A DNA stretch of 64,000 nt from Candidatus Eiseniibacteriota bacterium. GTDB lineage: Bacteria > Eisenbacteria > RBG-16-71-46. A program made the translations under genes and the position numbers. Below the pieces are notes generated by a model that did no database searches, had not been told where the DNA came from, and saw only the letters and a list, made by a program, of their open reading frames with translations. The stretch spans positions 1-64,000 of the forward strand of contig JBGAOA010000016.1 in NCBI GenBank assembly GCA_044222065.1, read 5' to 3'. This document shows, one piece after another, positions 57,301 through 64,000 of the stretch. Position 1 is the first letter of the stretch. The number at the start of each line of letters is the position of its first letter.

Positions 57301-58580
57301 TCGGGACGCGAGTAGTAGAGCGTCTGGTCGGTCCAGTGGAACGCGTCGTTGAGCGTGTCGGCGAAGGCCGTGCCCGCGTTGTTGTACCAGTAGTCCTTCT
57401 CGAAGTGGATCGCGGCCGGATACGAGGGCGGCGAGAAGAGCCCCACGCCGTCTCGCCAGCCGGAACGCGTCGACACGCGAAGTCCGGCGCCGCCCGCGAG
57501 GCGCGTCACGTACACGACCTCGGCGTCGCCCCAGGCTCGCTGCGGACGCGAGGCGTCGGCGCGCTGCGCCCAGTTCTGGCTCCAGACGAGGATGCGGTCG
57601 CCCGAGTCGAACACGCCGTTCGCGTTCCAGTCCTGCAGCTCGATCGGCAGCTCGATCGTCACGTACGGCACCTGCACGTCCTCGACGAACTCGTGGCGGT
57701 GCACCGAGACCTCGGCGTTCGGCACGCCGGCCGGGTAGCCGGCGGCGGCGAGCGCGTCGAAGTCGAGCGCGTAGACCGCGGTCGAGTCGAGCTTCACGCG
57801 CACTTCCGGCTGGTTCTCGTCGAACGCGGTGACGGCGTTCGGCGAAGCGCCCGCGAGCTTGCGGCCGAGCGCGGGCCGGGCGGCGAGCGGCGGAGCGGCC
57901 TCGCGCCAGCGGCGGCCCTCGCTCGCGTTCGCGAGCACGTTGTTCCAGATCGGATCCCACGAGCGGTCCTCGGGCGCCGCGGAGAGTGAGCGCGTCGAGC
58001 CGCCCGAGAACGACACGCGCACCTTGAGCGCGCGGCGCACGTAGAGCCTTCCGCTCGCGGCGTCGTAGCGGTACGGATAGACCTGCAGGCCGACGAGCCG
58101 CTGGCGGCGCACCGAGAACGGCGTGCTCAGGTCCACCGGCGCCGCGGGCCACACGCCGTCGCGGATCGCCTCGGCCGGTTCGTTGTACGGCTGGAGGTCG
58201 CCGGTCTGGTCGCTCTCACGGAACACGGGCCGCGGCACGATCGAGAGCGCGACGCCTTCGAACGCCTGCTCGCCGCCGTCCTCGACGACGCTCGCGCTGA
58301 CGCGCGCGCCGGGCGGCACGGCGATGAGAGCGCTCGCGAACGGCAGCGCGGGGCGCGAGGGAATCGCGGTCGCCTCGAAGTCGCCGATCGGGAGCTTCTG
58401 GACACCCGCGCCCGGCGCGGGCTGGAATTCGGCCGGGTCGAGCTGGAACAGCACGCCGCTGGCGTCGCTCTGAAGGACGCGCAGGCCGCCCGCGCGAGCG
58501 ACGGTCGGGACGCAGGTCGACGCCGAGACGAGAGCGGCGGCGATGAGAACGAGTCGGAGGTGTGGCGACGGAATTCGCAT
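54333..58580 (-). CDS. Large C25 (gingipain) peptidase, PorU sortase-like, with FlgD/T9SS-like CTD
   Basis: Signal peptide; propeptide-like region; ADYLLV, IYDEFNGG, YVLLLGDGS, VGRLP, NYQGH (His), FSCH (Cys), YTLLGDPA; CTD FPNPF...WDGRDAEG..LANGIYLYRL. Confidence 0.85.
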   Translation of the reverse strand: MRIPSPHLRLVLIAAALVSASTCVPTVARAGGLRVLQSDASGVLFQLDPAEFQPAPGAGVQKLPIGDFEATAIPSRPALPFASALIAVPPGARVSASVVEDGGEQAFEGVALSIVPRPVFRESDQTGDLQPYNEPAEAIRDGVWPAAPVDLSTPFSVRRQRLVGLQVYPYRYDAASGRLYVRRALKVRVSFSGGSTRSLSAAPEDRSWDPIWNNVLANASEGRRWREAAPPLAARPALGRKLAGASPNAVTAFDENQPEVRVKLDSTAVYALDFDALAAAGYPAGVPNAEVSVHRHEFVEDVQVPYVTIELPIELQDWNANGVFDSGDRILVWSQNWAQRADASRPQRAWGDAEVVYVTRLAGGAGLRVSTRSGWRDGVGLFSPPSYPAAIHFEKDYWYNNAGTAFADTLNDAFHWTDQTLYYSRPETLLFATDHIDTTHAVSFATAYQGRSSGTHWMWAQVKNASGAYTSVTDSAGFAGRTELVSNATLFGSALSEGRTNRLRVWGKAFTAPPDPTTNANALAALNYFDVTYWRTYAPIAGYLACNSADVSGAFELASDGFADSTTLRVYDVTSPGNPVRLSGVVKESTVSGFRLRLQDSTALGERRDYVVFDAPKSPPASAYSAVTRAGLYGSSGADYLLVGPANFLAAAEELAQLRESQGMRVLRAPVDAIYDEFNGGRKSAYALKRFFRYAYNRWDTRYVLLLGDGSIDPRPVDPTSSRDFVPTQRIMGPVLASTTSGSFLEAISSDNWLGWCLNCSQPELAPRLPDLHVGRLPANTVAVLDAVVDKLVAYESFAGETWRRGMTLISDDAYSTLSTFGVNPGTSNYCRKDYEDVFRLLNERVKSAVLDSAGLSTADLEVFNLSYYLPNNTADITPCPQTPDTCRCSLTNTQSRARLTALPELVQRVNAGKLWVNYQGHANEYVLAHEEFWRSNGVQRGTDYNLLLNDGRPFFFSAFSCHPNAFAHEAENSNRKNGDCVGAMLVDLGNRRGAVASWASAGYEVLPLNSTTHLNVTLAKTMFAEPPRDAAAGDSGATARIGEILTQTLIRNWQFTRNSAYEADVGVSYTLLGDPATQLSIGLPQGLVTVNGQDVTSGQVVRLRQGGDTLALVADVMSNVRLDSLTLQQLGPNSAITTIPPSKYSVTPSFGDTSFASRGGRRYRLTYGDTLRADDYRYVLRTVDRYGVANPFEIPFRFETALFANGTIVNDLDVIPPTAAMTMLVLSPKPLDPATDLELRVGGALQGFVPTPANGDTSRREWTLSWDHAPYAFGEMPVELRARNGATRVHRFQINVTGAELRIVNPLAFPNPFEDDLGTRFSFTLESATPVDLQIRVFTVSGRRVYERKLLGLTPSYQQIEWDGRDAEGSTLANGIYLYRLVAKNASSSAVYEGRLVKLRKPRRFVDDTQTVTP

Positions 58581-58675
58581 GGTGGAAAGGTCGGGGGTAG
58601 TCCGTGCAGCTGTCAACCGGAACGATGCTAGACTCCCGGGCCGTTTCGAACCGACACGATCCCGGAGACGAACTG

Positions 58676-60112
58676 GTGGGTACTCGAAGCCGATCGGTGT
58701 TGAGCCCGGCCCCGGGCTCCTCGTGCGTTCTGTGGGCCGTCCTCGTCGCGCTGCTCGCCCTGCCGCTCGTCGCGGGAGCGAAGCCGCGGACACGCCCGCC
58801 GGGGGCCGCGGCACTGCCCGAGAGCGTGCTGGCCCGGGTCGGCGCCGGCCGCGTCGTCACGGCGGCCGATTTCGAGCGCGCCTGGGGCGAACTGGCCCCT
58901 CCCGTCCGGCCCGACAGCCTTACCCCGGCCAGCGCGGCCGGGTTCTTGGAATTGCTGATCGGCAAGGAGTGCCTGGCCGAGCGGGCGATGTCCGAGCGCT
59001 GGGTCTGGACGGCGCAGGAGAGCCTGCAGCACGCCGGGATCAGGGACCGCCTGCCGCTCCAGGCGGCGCTCGATTCGGCGCTCGCGGACCTGCGGCGGCG
59101 GATCGGGCCGGCCGCGGACTCGGCGAGCGACGAGGCGCTCGGTCCCGCCCTCCGCGACACGTTCTTCGCGCGCCGGCCGCTGACTTTCGATGAGGCGCTC
59201 GTCGCGCGGGTGACGCAGAAGTTCCGCGACCTGCCGCGGCCGCGGCCGGACTCGGGCGTCATGGCCCAGATCCGCGTGCTCGGCCTCGTGCCCGCGGTCG
59301 AGCCGGGCGACCGGCCGCGCTCGCTCGCGCACGGCGCCGAGGGCGACTTCACCGTCGGCGAACTGCTCGACTCGTGGGCCCGGCTCAATCCGCTCAACCG
59401 CCCGCGCATCGAGGCCGAGTCGCAGGTGCTCGACCTCGTGCGCAACGCGATCCTCGAGCGCCGGCTGCGCGCCGACGCCCGGTCGCGCGGGCTCGTCGCG
59501 CGGCCCGACATCGCGGCGCGCATCGCGAGCGACTCGGAGTACGTCGCGGTGCAGCACCTCGTCGCCCGCGAGGTGTACGCGAAGATCGCCGACGACGAAG
59601 CGACGCTGCGCCGGCACTTCGAGCGCAACGCCGAGTTCTGGCGGCTCCCCACGTTCGTGCAGGTCGTCGAGCTCGTGCTGCCGAACCGCGCGTCGGCGTC
59701 GGCGCTGTACGCCGAGCTGAGCGATCCCGCGCGCGCGGAGACGCTCGTCGTGCGCGCGCAGCGGCAGGGCGCGCGCTATCGGCGGCTGCTCGCGGCCGAA
59801 AGCGACTCGGCGCACTTCACGCGCTGCCTCGGCACGCGCCCCGGCACCGTGCTCGGGCCCGACTCGACGCGGCTCGGGTGGCGCGTGACCCGTGTCGAGG
59901 AGGTGCTGCCGTCACGGCTGCGGCGCTACGACGAGGTCGAACGACTCGTGCGCCAGCACTACTACGGCGAGGAGGGCGAGCGGCGGATGGTGGACCTGAT
60001 GGCGAGCGTGCGGAAGACGACTCCGGTCACGATCCACCGGGCGGCCCTCGAGCGGCTGGCTGTGCGTCCCGGCGGCGGGCACTCGCCGCGCGGAGGTTTT
60101 TCAAGCCCGTGA
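58676..60112 (+). CDS. SurA/PrsA-like exported chaperone with a degenerate parvulin domain
   Basis: GGAGA plus GTG; signal peptide; VLARVG...VTA.DF, GDFTVGE, VLGP...GW.V.RVEE....R.YDEV. Confidence 0.65.
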   Translation: MGTRSRSVLSPAPGSSCVLWAVLVALLALPLVAGAKPRTRPPGAAALPESVLARVGAGRVVTAADFERAWGELAPPVRPDSLTPASAAGFLELLIGKECLAERAMSERWVWTAQESLQHAGIRDRLPLQAALDSALADLRRRIGPAADSASDEALGPALRDTFFARRPLTFDEALVARVTQKFRDLPRPRPDSGVMAQIRVLGLVPAVEPGDRPRSLAHGAEGDFTVGELLDSWARLNPLNRPRIEAESQVLDLVRNAILERRLRADARSRGLVARPDIAARIASDSEYVAVQHLVAREVYAKIADDEATLRRHFERNAEFWRLPTFVQVVELVLPNRASASALYAELSDPARAETLVVRAQRQGARYRRLLAAESDSAHFTRCLGTRPGTVLGPDSTRLGWRVTRVEEVLPSRLRRYDEVERLVRQHYYGEEGERRMVDLMASVRKTTPVTIHRAALERLAVRPGGGHSPRGGFSSP

Positions 60113-60123
60113 CCGTCCGAGTC

Positions 60124-60153
60124 TTGACCCTCGTTTCGGCGCTTCCCTAGACT
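60124..60153 (+). promoter_or_regulatory. Sigma70-type promoter
   Basis: TTGACC-18 bp-TAGACT. Confidence 0.6.
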
Positions 60154-60214
60154 CGTGCGCGCTTCCCGAGCCCCCTCGCCCGCCGCGGGGCTCCTCTTCC
60201 ACCCGGAGAACTCC

Positions 60215-61954
60215 ATGATCCCCCGTCGTGCCTTCGCGCCCCTGCGGCCGGCGCTCGTGATCGGCGCCCTGTTGCTCGCGATGTCGAACCCCGGCCACGC
60301 GGCGGCCGCGGACGCTCCGGCGCGCGTGTTCCTGCCGGACACCGCGATCATCGCGTTCGTGGGCGACAAGCCGATCGTGGCGCGCGAGTTCACGGACCTC
60401 TACGAGTCCTCCTACCCCGAAGGGAAGCCGCGCTCCGATTCGCTCGGCAGAGTGCAGTTCATGAACTCGATCGTGAGCAAGGTGTTGCTCGCGAACGCCG
60501 CGCGAGAGGCGAATCGGCCGCTCACGTTCGAAGATCGCGCGACGCTCAAGGAGTACTCGAACACCGTCTACGCGAATCGGCTCTACAGTCTTGCGGTCGC
60601 GGATTCGGTAAACGTCACAGAGGAGGAGGCACGCGCGCTCTGGGACTGTTACAAGTCGCGCTACCGCCTGCGACGGATCCTCTTCGCCCGATTGAACGAT
60701 GCTCAGCGCGTTCGAAAGGAACTGATGACGGGCCGACTGGGCTTCGCGCTCGCCTCCAAGACCTATGGCGTCGGCGAGGAGACGGTCCGAGACGGCGACA
60801 TGGGTTGGTACGACTGCGGGCGCCTGGGGTTCGGCCTCGCCCCTCTGATCATGGGGCTGCGCCCCGGGCAGTACTCCGACTTGAACCGCTCGGACCGCGG
60901 TTACGAACTCTTCCAGCTCATGGACCGCACCGCAGCCGAGCCGCCCGCGTACGAGGGAATTCGTACGTACATCCTGGGCCAGGTTCGCGAACTGCGCGCC
61001 GCGAGGCGCGCCGAGGCAATGCAGCTCGAAGTCGCCGATCGCATCCACCTGAAGCCGGACAGCGTCAACATCGCCTTCGCGGCGCCTCACTTCCCCGTGG
61101 CCTCGAGCTCGGGCGCCCGCGGCGACCTCAACATCGACACGTCCGTGCCAGCGTTCTCGCCGGACGAGATGGCACGCACGCTCGCCACGTACGACGGGGG
61201 CAAGCTCACGCTCGGCGACTTCGTTCACTCGTACTCCGAGTTGACGCCGATGATTCGCCCGACCGTGAACGACTACTGGCTGCTCCGGAACGCAGTAATC
61301 GCGTCGGCCACGAGCCGTTTCATGCCCGAGCTGGCCATCGCCCGCGGCATCGACAAGGACCCGGGAGTCCAGACGTCGATCAGCCGGCGAACGGAAGAGA
61401 TCATGGTCGAGCACCTGTATGCGGACTCGGTGGAGTCCAAGATCTGGGTCAACCCCGAAACGCGGCGTGAGTTCTATGAGAAGAGCAAGCGGAAGCTCGT
61501 AACGTTCGAAGTCGCGAACTACGGGATCATCGCTCGCGACACCCGCGCGCAGGCGGATTCCCTCGCGGCCGAGCTCAAGCGCGGGCTCAGTTTCCGTGCG
61601 GCGTTGGAGCGTGACTCGCTGCTCGGTCGCCAGCTCGGTTCGATCAAGCAGGTGCGCGAGGATCAGCCGGGAGACGCGATGTACAAGCTCGTCTTCGAGT
61701 CCATGAAAGAAGGCAACGTCGACATCGCCGGCCCGGGACGGGACGGCACTTACTTCGTCGTCCAATGCCTTGAGCGCGTACCGGGACGGCAGCTCTCGTA
61801 CGAGGAGTCCGAGAGCATCGTGGACGAGGCGCTGCAGAACGAGCAGGCGGAAGTGCTGCTGGCGGAATTCATGGGCCGGCTGCGGAGCCGGTGGCCCGTG
61901 AGCATTCTCTACGACCGACTCATGCACATCCGCCTGATTCAGGAAGCGCCCTGA
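60215..61954 (+). CDS. SurA/PpiD-like exported chaperone with two parvulin-like domains
   Basis: Signal peptide; LRRIL...GF..ASKTY...GDMGW...LRPGQYS...GYELF; second copy GLSF..AL..DS...MKEG...GP. Confidence 0.72.
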   Translation: MIPRRAFAPLRPALVIGALLLAMSNPGHAAAADAPARVFLPDTAIIAFVGDKPIVAREFTDLYESSYPEGKPRSDSLGRVQFMNSIVSKVLLANAAREANRPLTFEDRATLKEYSNTVYANRLYSLAVADSVNVTEEEARALWDCYKSRYRLRRILFARLNDAQRVRKELMTGRLGFALASKTYGVGEETVRDGDMGWYDCGRLGFGLAPLIMGLRPGQYSDLNRSDRGYELFQLMDRTAAEPPAYEGIRTYILGQVRELRAARRAEAMQLEVADRIHLKPDSVNIAFAAPHFPVASSSGARGDLNIDTSVPAFSPDEMARTLATYDGGKLTLGDFVHSYSELTPMIRPTVNDYWLLRNAVIASATSRFMPELAIARGIDKDPGVQTSISRRTEEIMVEHLYADSVESKIWVNPETRREFYEKSKRKLVTFEVANYGIIARDTRAQADSLAAELKRGLSFRAALERDSLLGRQLGSIKQVREDQPGDAMYKLVFESMKEGNVDIAGPGRDGTYFVVQCLERVPGRQLSYEESESIVDEALQNEQAEVLLAEFMGRLRSRWPVSILYDRLMHIRLIQEAP

Positions 61955-62011
61955 GCGGGAGCGGCGAACGACGAGTATTCGGGCGGCCCGCCGCGGCCGC
62001 GTGCATGCTCT

Positions 62012-62812
62012 TCAGCGCTTTGGTGGGGTCCAGCGTCGAACGGCGCCGATCTCCCGATAGGTCGCACACGCTTCGCCGTCCCCGGTGCCGCGCACGACGA
62101 AGCGGGAGCCGCGCTTCGTGAACACTTCATCCTTGCGGCCGAAGGCGACCGACCCCTGCTCGAGCTCGACGCACAGGGGCGCCGCGCACGAGGCGCCGAG
62201 TGCGGGCCTCGGGACGAGCAGCCGTGCGAAGACGTAGCGTTGCCCCGCGCGCACGGTCGCCGCGAGGACGCTCGGGACCGCGTACACGATTCGCGTCGTG
62301 CCGCCCTCACGTTGGGAACGATAGCGCAGGCCGCCCATGCCGCCCGTCTCCCACAGCCGCGGAAGACCGGTTGAATCCGGATTGAGTTGCGCGCGCAGTC
62401 CCCCGTAGCCCGTGCGCTGCTCGAATCGCCAGTGCGGAGCCAGGGTGTCCCCCATCGCAGGCCAGAAGCGGATCGTCACACTGCCTCCGACGACCTGCGC
62501 GGAATCACGCCCCGGATCGAAGCAGACGTACAACGTGTCGAGGGCGGTCGAATCGCACGACGGCGCGATCCGCTCCCGAGAGCCGGCCACGCCAAACGGA
62601 GCATTCCACGTGAGGAAGAAGCGGGGTTCGCCCCGAGCGGCCGTCTCCTCCGGGACCCACCGGTCCGGCGGACCGTCGGCTCGCGGCGAATCGGGGCGCC
62701 CCAGCAGCGCCAGCGCCACGACAAAGAATCCGAGTCGAATGCGGAGTGGGCAGCCGGAACGCGCCTGACGTGTGAGCTTCATCGGACGATTATCCCCGAC
62801 CGCCGCACTCAT
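62012..62812 (-). CDS. Secreted Cys-containing hypothetical protein, divergent paralogue of the two upstream genes
   Basis: ATGA overlap; FLTW..P, C....TLYVCF.P, SC..PLCV; start at 62812 or 62782. Confidence 0.65.
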   Translation of the reverse strand: MSAAVGDNRPMKLTRQARSGCPLRIRLGFFVVALALLGRPDSPRADGPPDRWVPEETAARGEPRFFLTWNAPFGVAGSRERIAPSCDSTALDTLYVCFDPGRDSAQVVGGSVTIRFWPAMGDTLAPHWRFEQRTGYGGLRAQLNPDSTGLPRLWETGGMGGLRYRSQREGGTTRIVYAVPSVLAATVRAGQRYVFARLLVPRPALGASCAAPLCVELEQGSVAFGRKDEVFTKRGSRFVVRGTGDGEACATYREIGAVRRWTPPKR

Positions 62813-63618
62813 CGGTAGAGGCTCTTGATTCCGCCCCAGCTCGTGCGCCGCGCGGGCACAAGCGCGCAGTCAGCGCCCGCACCGCCGCGCCAGGTCGCGC
62901 GGTTCCCCTCGACGCCGCCAGGCGAGACGATCAGAAGATCGCCTCCGGGTGATCCAGGAAGGCGGCGGATCAGGATCGAATTCAGGACGAGACAGGCGGG
63001 CGCGAGACAACCTTCGCACGTCGGAGAGATGGATGTGTGAAGCGTTCCGAGCAGCAGTCTCAGGCCGTAGTAGAGCGAGGACTGCGACAACGTCGCAGGC
63101 GTCGAACTCGGCACCGCGGCCACGGCCTTGATGCGGAGCTGGCTCGTGCTGTTGCGCGGTTCGCCGTAGACATAGCCCTGCACTTCCGCCGCGCCCGCGC
63201 CGGACCATGGATCCGCGCACGCCCCTCCGGAACTGAAGTCGGAGCTCGCCGTCAGTTGCCCCGATCGGCACTCACTGCTTACCGACAAACGCCACCAGTC
63301 CGGAATCGCCGGCAGCGCGTGCTGAACGTCCACGACGCACTCGATGCCGATTACGTCGGCGCCGGTGTCGCTCGGAGGACGGAACGAAACGAACAGCGGC
63401 AGGATCGGAATGTCCGAGTCGCACTGGAACGTCTGGTCGTGCGATGCCGCCAGGTCGAGCGGGCAATCCCACCATGTGAGCCAGAGCTCCTGCGCCGCAT
63501 TCGCGCCACGCGCACCGAACGCAAGCGCTGCAAGCAAGCTCAGGCACAAGAAAACGAAGGGACGCCTGCCGCGGTGGGCAAGGCGTCCCGGTCGTCTCGA
63601 AACGTACGACGATGTCAG
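62809..63618 (-). CDS. Secreted Cys-rich protein ending in WGGIKSLYR; start uncertain (CTG 63618 or TTG 63549)
   Basis: Signal peptide; LWLTWWDC, IPDWW, CADPW, YYGLRL, CEGCLAPACLVLNSI, VPARRTSWGGIKSLYR. Confidence 0.75.
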   Translation of the reverse strand: MTSSYVSRRPGRLAHRGRRPFVFLCLSLLAALAFGARGANAAQELWLTWWDCPLDLAASHDQTFQCDSDIPILPLFVSFRPPSDTGADVIGIECVVDVQHALPAIPDWWRLSVSSECRSGQLTASSDFSSGGACADPWSGAGAAEVQGYVYGEPRNSTSQLRIKAVAAVPSSTPATLSQSSLYYGLRLLLGTLHTSISPTCEGCLAPACLVLNSILIRRLPGSPGGDLLIVSPGGVEGNRATWRGGAGADCALVPARRTSWGGIKSLYR

Positions 63619-64000
63619 CGGTACAGCCCCTTGATCTGGCCCCACGTCGCGCGACGAGTGGGAACGAGCGCGCAGGTCGGACCGCCTGGTCCACCCTGCC
63701 AGGTGCAGATCGAGCTGCCGCCAGCCTGTGCATCCGTCACGTCCACGTTGCCTCGCACGGCGCCGAGCGGCTGGACCAGACGGATCTGATTGAGCACCAG
63801 ACACACGGGAGTGGCGCAGCCAGCGCAGGCGCCCGTTCCGACGGTCTTGGTGTTGAGGAAGTTCAGCTTGAAGCCGTAGTAGTGCGTGTTGGGATCGATC
63901 TGCGTGCGGCTGGCGGTCGGAACGGCGAGCACGACCTTGATGCGTTCCCAGCGCAGCGAATCCGCAATGGAACCGACCGTCTGCTGCGTTCCGGGGAACG
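63615..64000 (-). CDS. 3' part of a paralogous Cys-rich protein ending in WGQIKGLYR
   Basis: YYGFKL, CAGCATPVCLVLNQI, VPTRRATWGQIKGLYR; the frame continues to the window edge. Confidence 0.75.
   Translation of the reverse strand, partial: FPGTQQTVGSIADSLRWERIKVVLAVPTASRTQIDPNTHYYGFKLNFLNTKTVGTGACAGCATPVCLVLNQIRLVQPLGAVRGNVDVTDAQAGGSSICTWQGGPGGPTCALVPTRRATWGQIKGLYR

Noticed and set aside
52427..58580. Read-through fusion of the C25 protein and the HEAT-cyclophilin
   Set aside because: Different frames at the TGA, and the downstream protein has its own signal-like segment
1..64000. Many long antisense or alternate-frame ORFs (e.g. 1744-4896, 5144-8533, 10657-13788, 30918-33848, 53838-57989)
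   Set aside because: Arg/Ala/Pro-rich shadow frames expected at very high GC; each overlaps a motif-supported gene

Overview
Very GC-rich bacterial chromosomal DNA with about 49 protein-coding genes. I found no rRNA, tRNA, CRISPR array or recognisable mobile element. Gene content (many FlgD/T9SS-like C-terminal domains, PorV- and PorU-like genes, proteins ending in WGxIKxLYR) suggests an FCB-group, non-Bacteroidota lineage such as Ca. Eisenbacteria; this is an inference. Left to right: 5' part of metH; an ECF sigma/Ser-Thr kinase pair; a patch of secreted CTD-bearing proteins and an M3 peptidase; an E2-lipB-iscA-DUF2203-nadA-lipA operon; a TonB-receptor/PorV-like/lipoprotein operon followed by a secreted OB-fold protein; a hybrid two-component system; a nucleoside uptake/salvage cluster (add, rpiB, udk, tdk, BMP/ABC, PNP, HhH protein); a PorU-like C25 protein flanked by three PPIase/chaperone genes; and a tandem family of Cys-rich secreted paralogues. 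Main hypotheses: (1) an extracellular-DNA/nucleoside scavenging pathway including an RpiB with a microcompartment-type encapsulation peptide; (2) a T9SS-like export/sorting system with a second, short C-terminal tag; (3) Bacteroidota-like O-glycosylation sequons in exported proteins; (4) frequent near-leaderless transcription. All calls were made by eye from motifs, without database searches.
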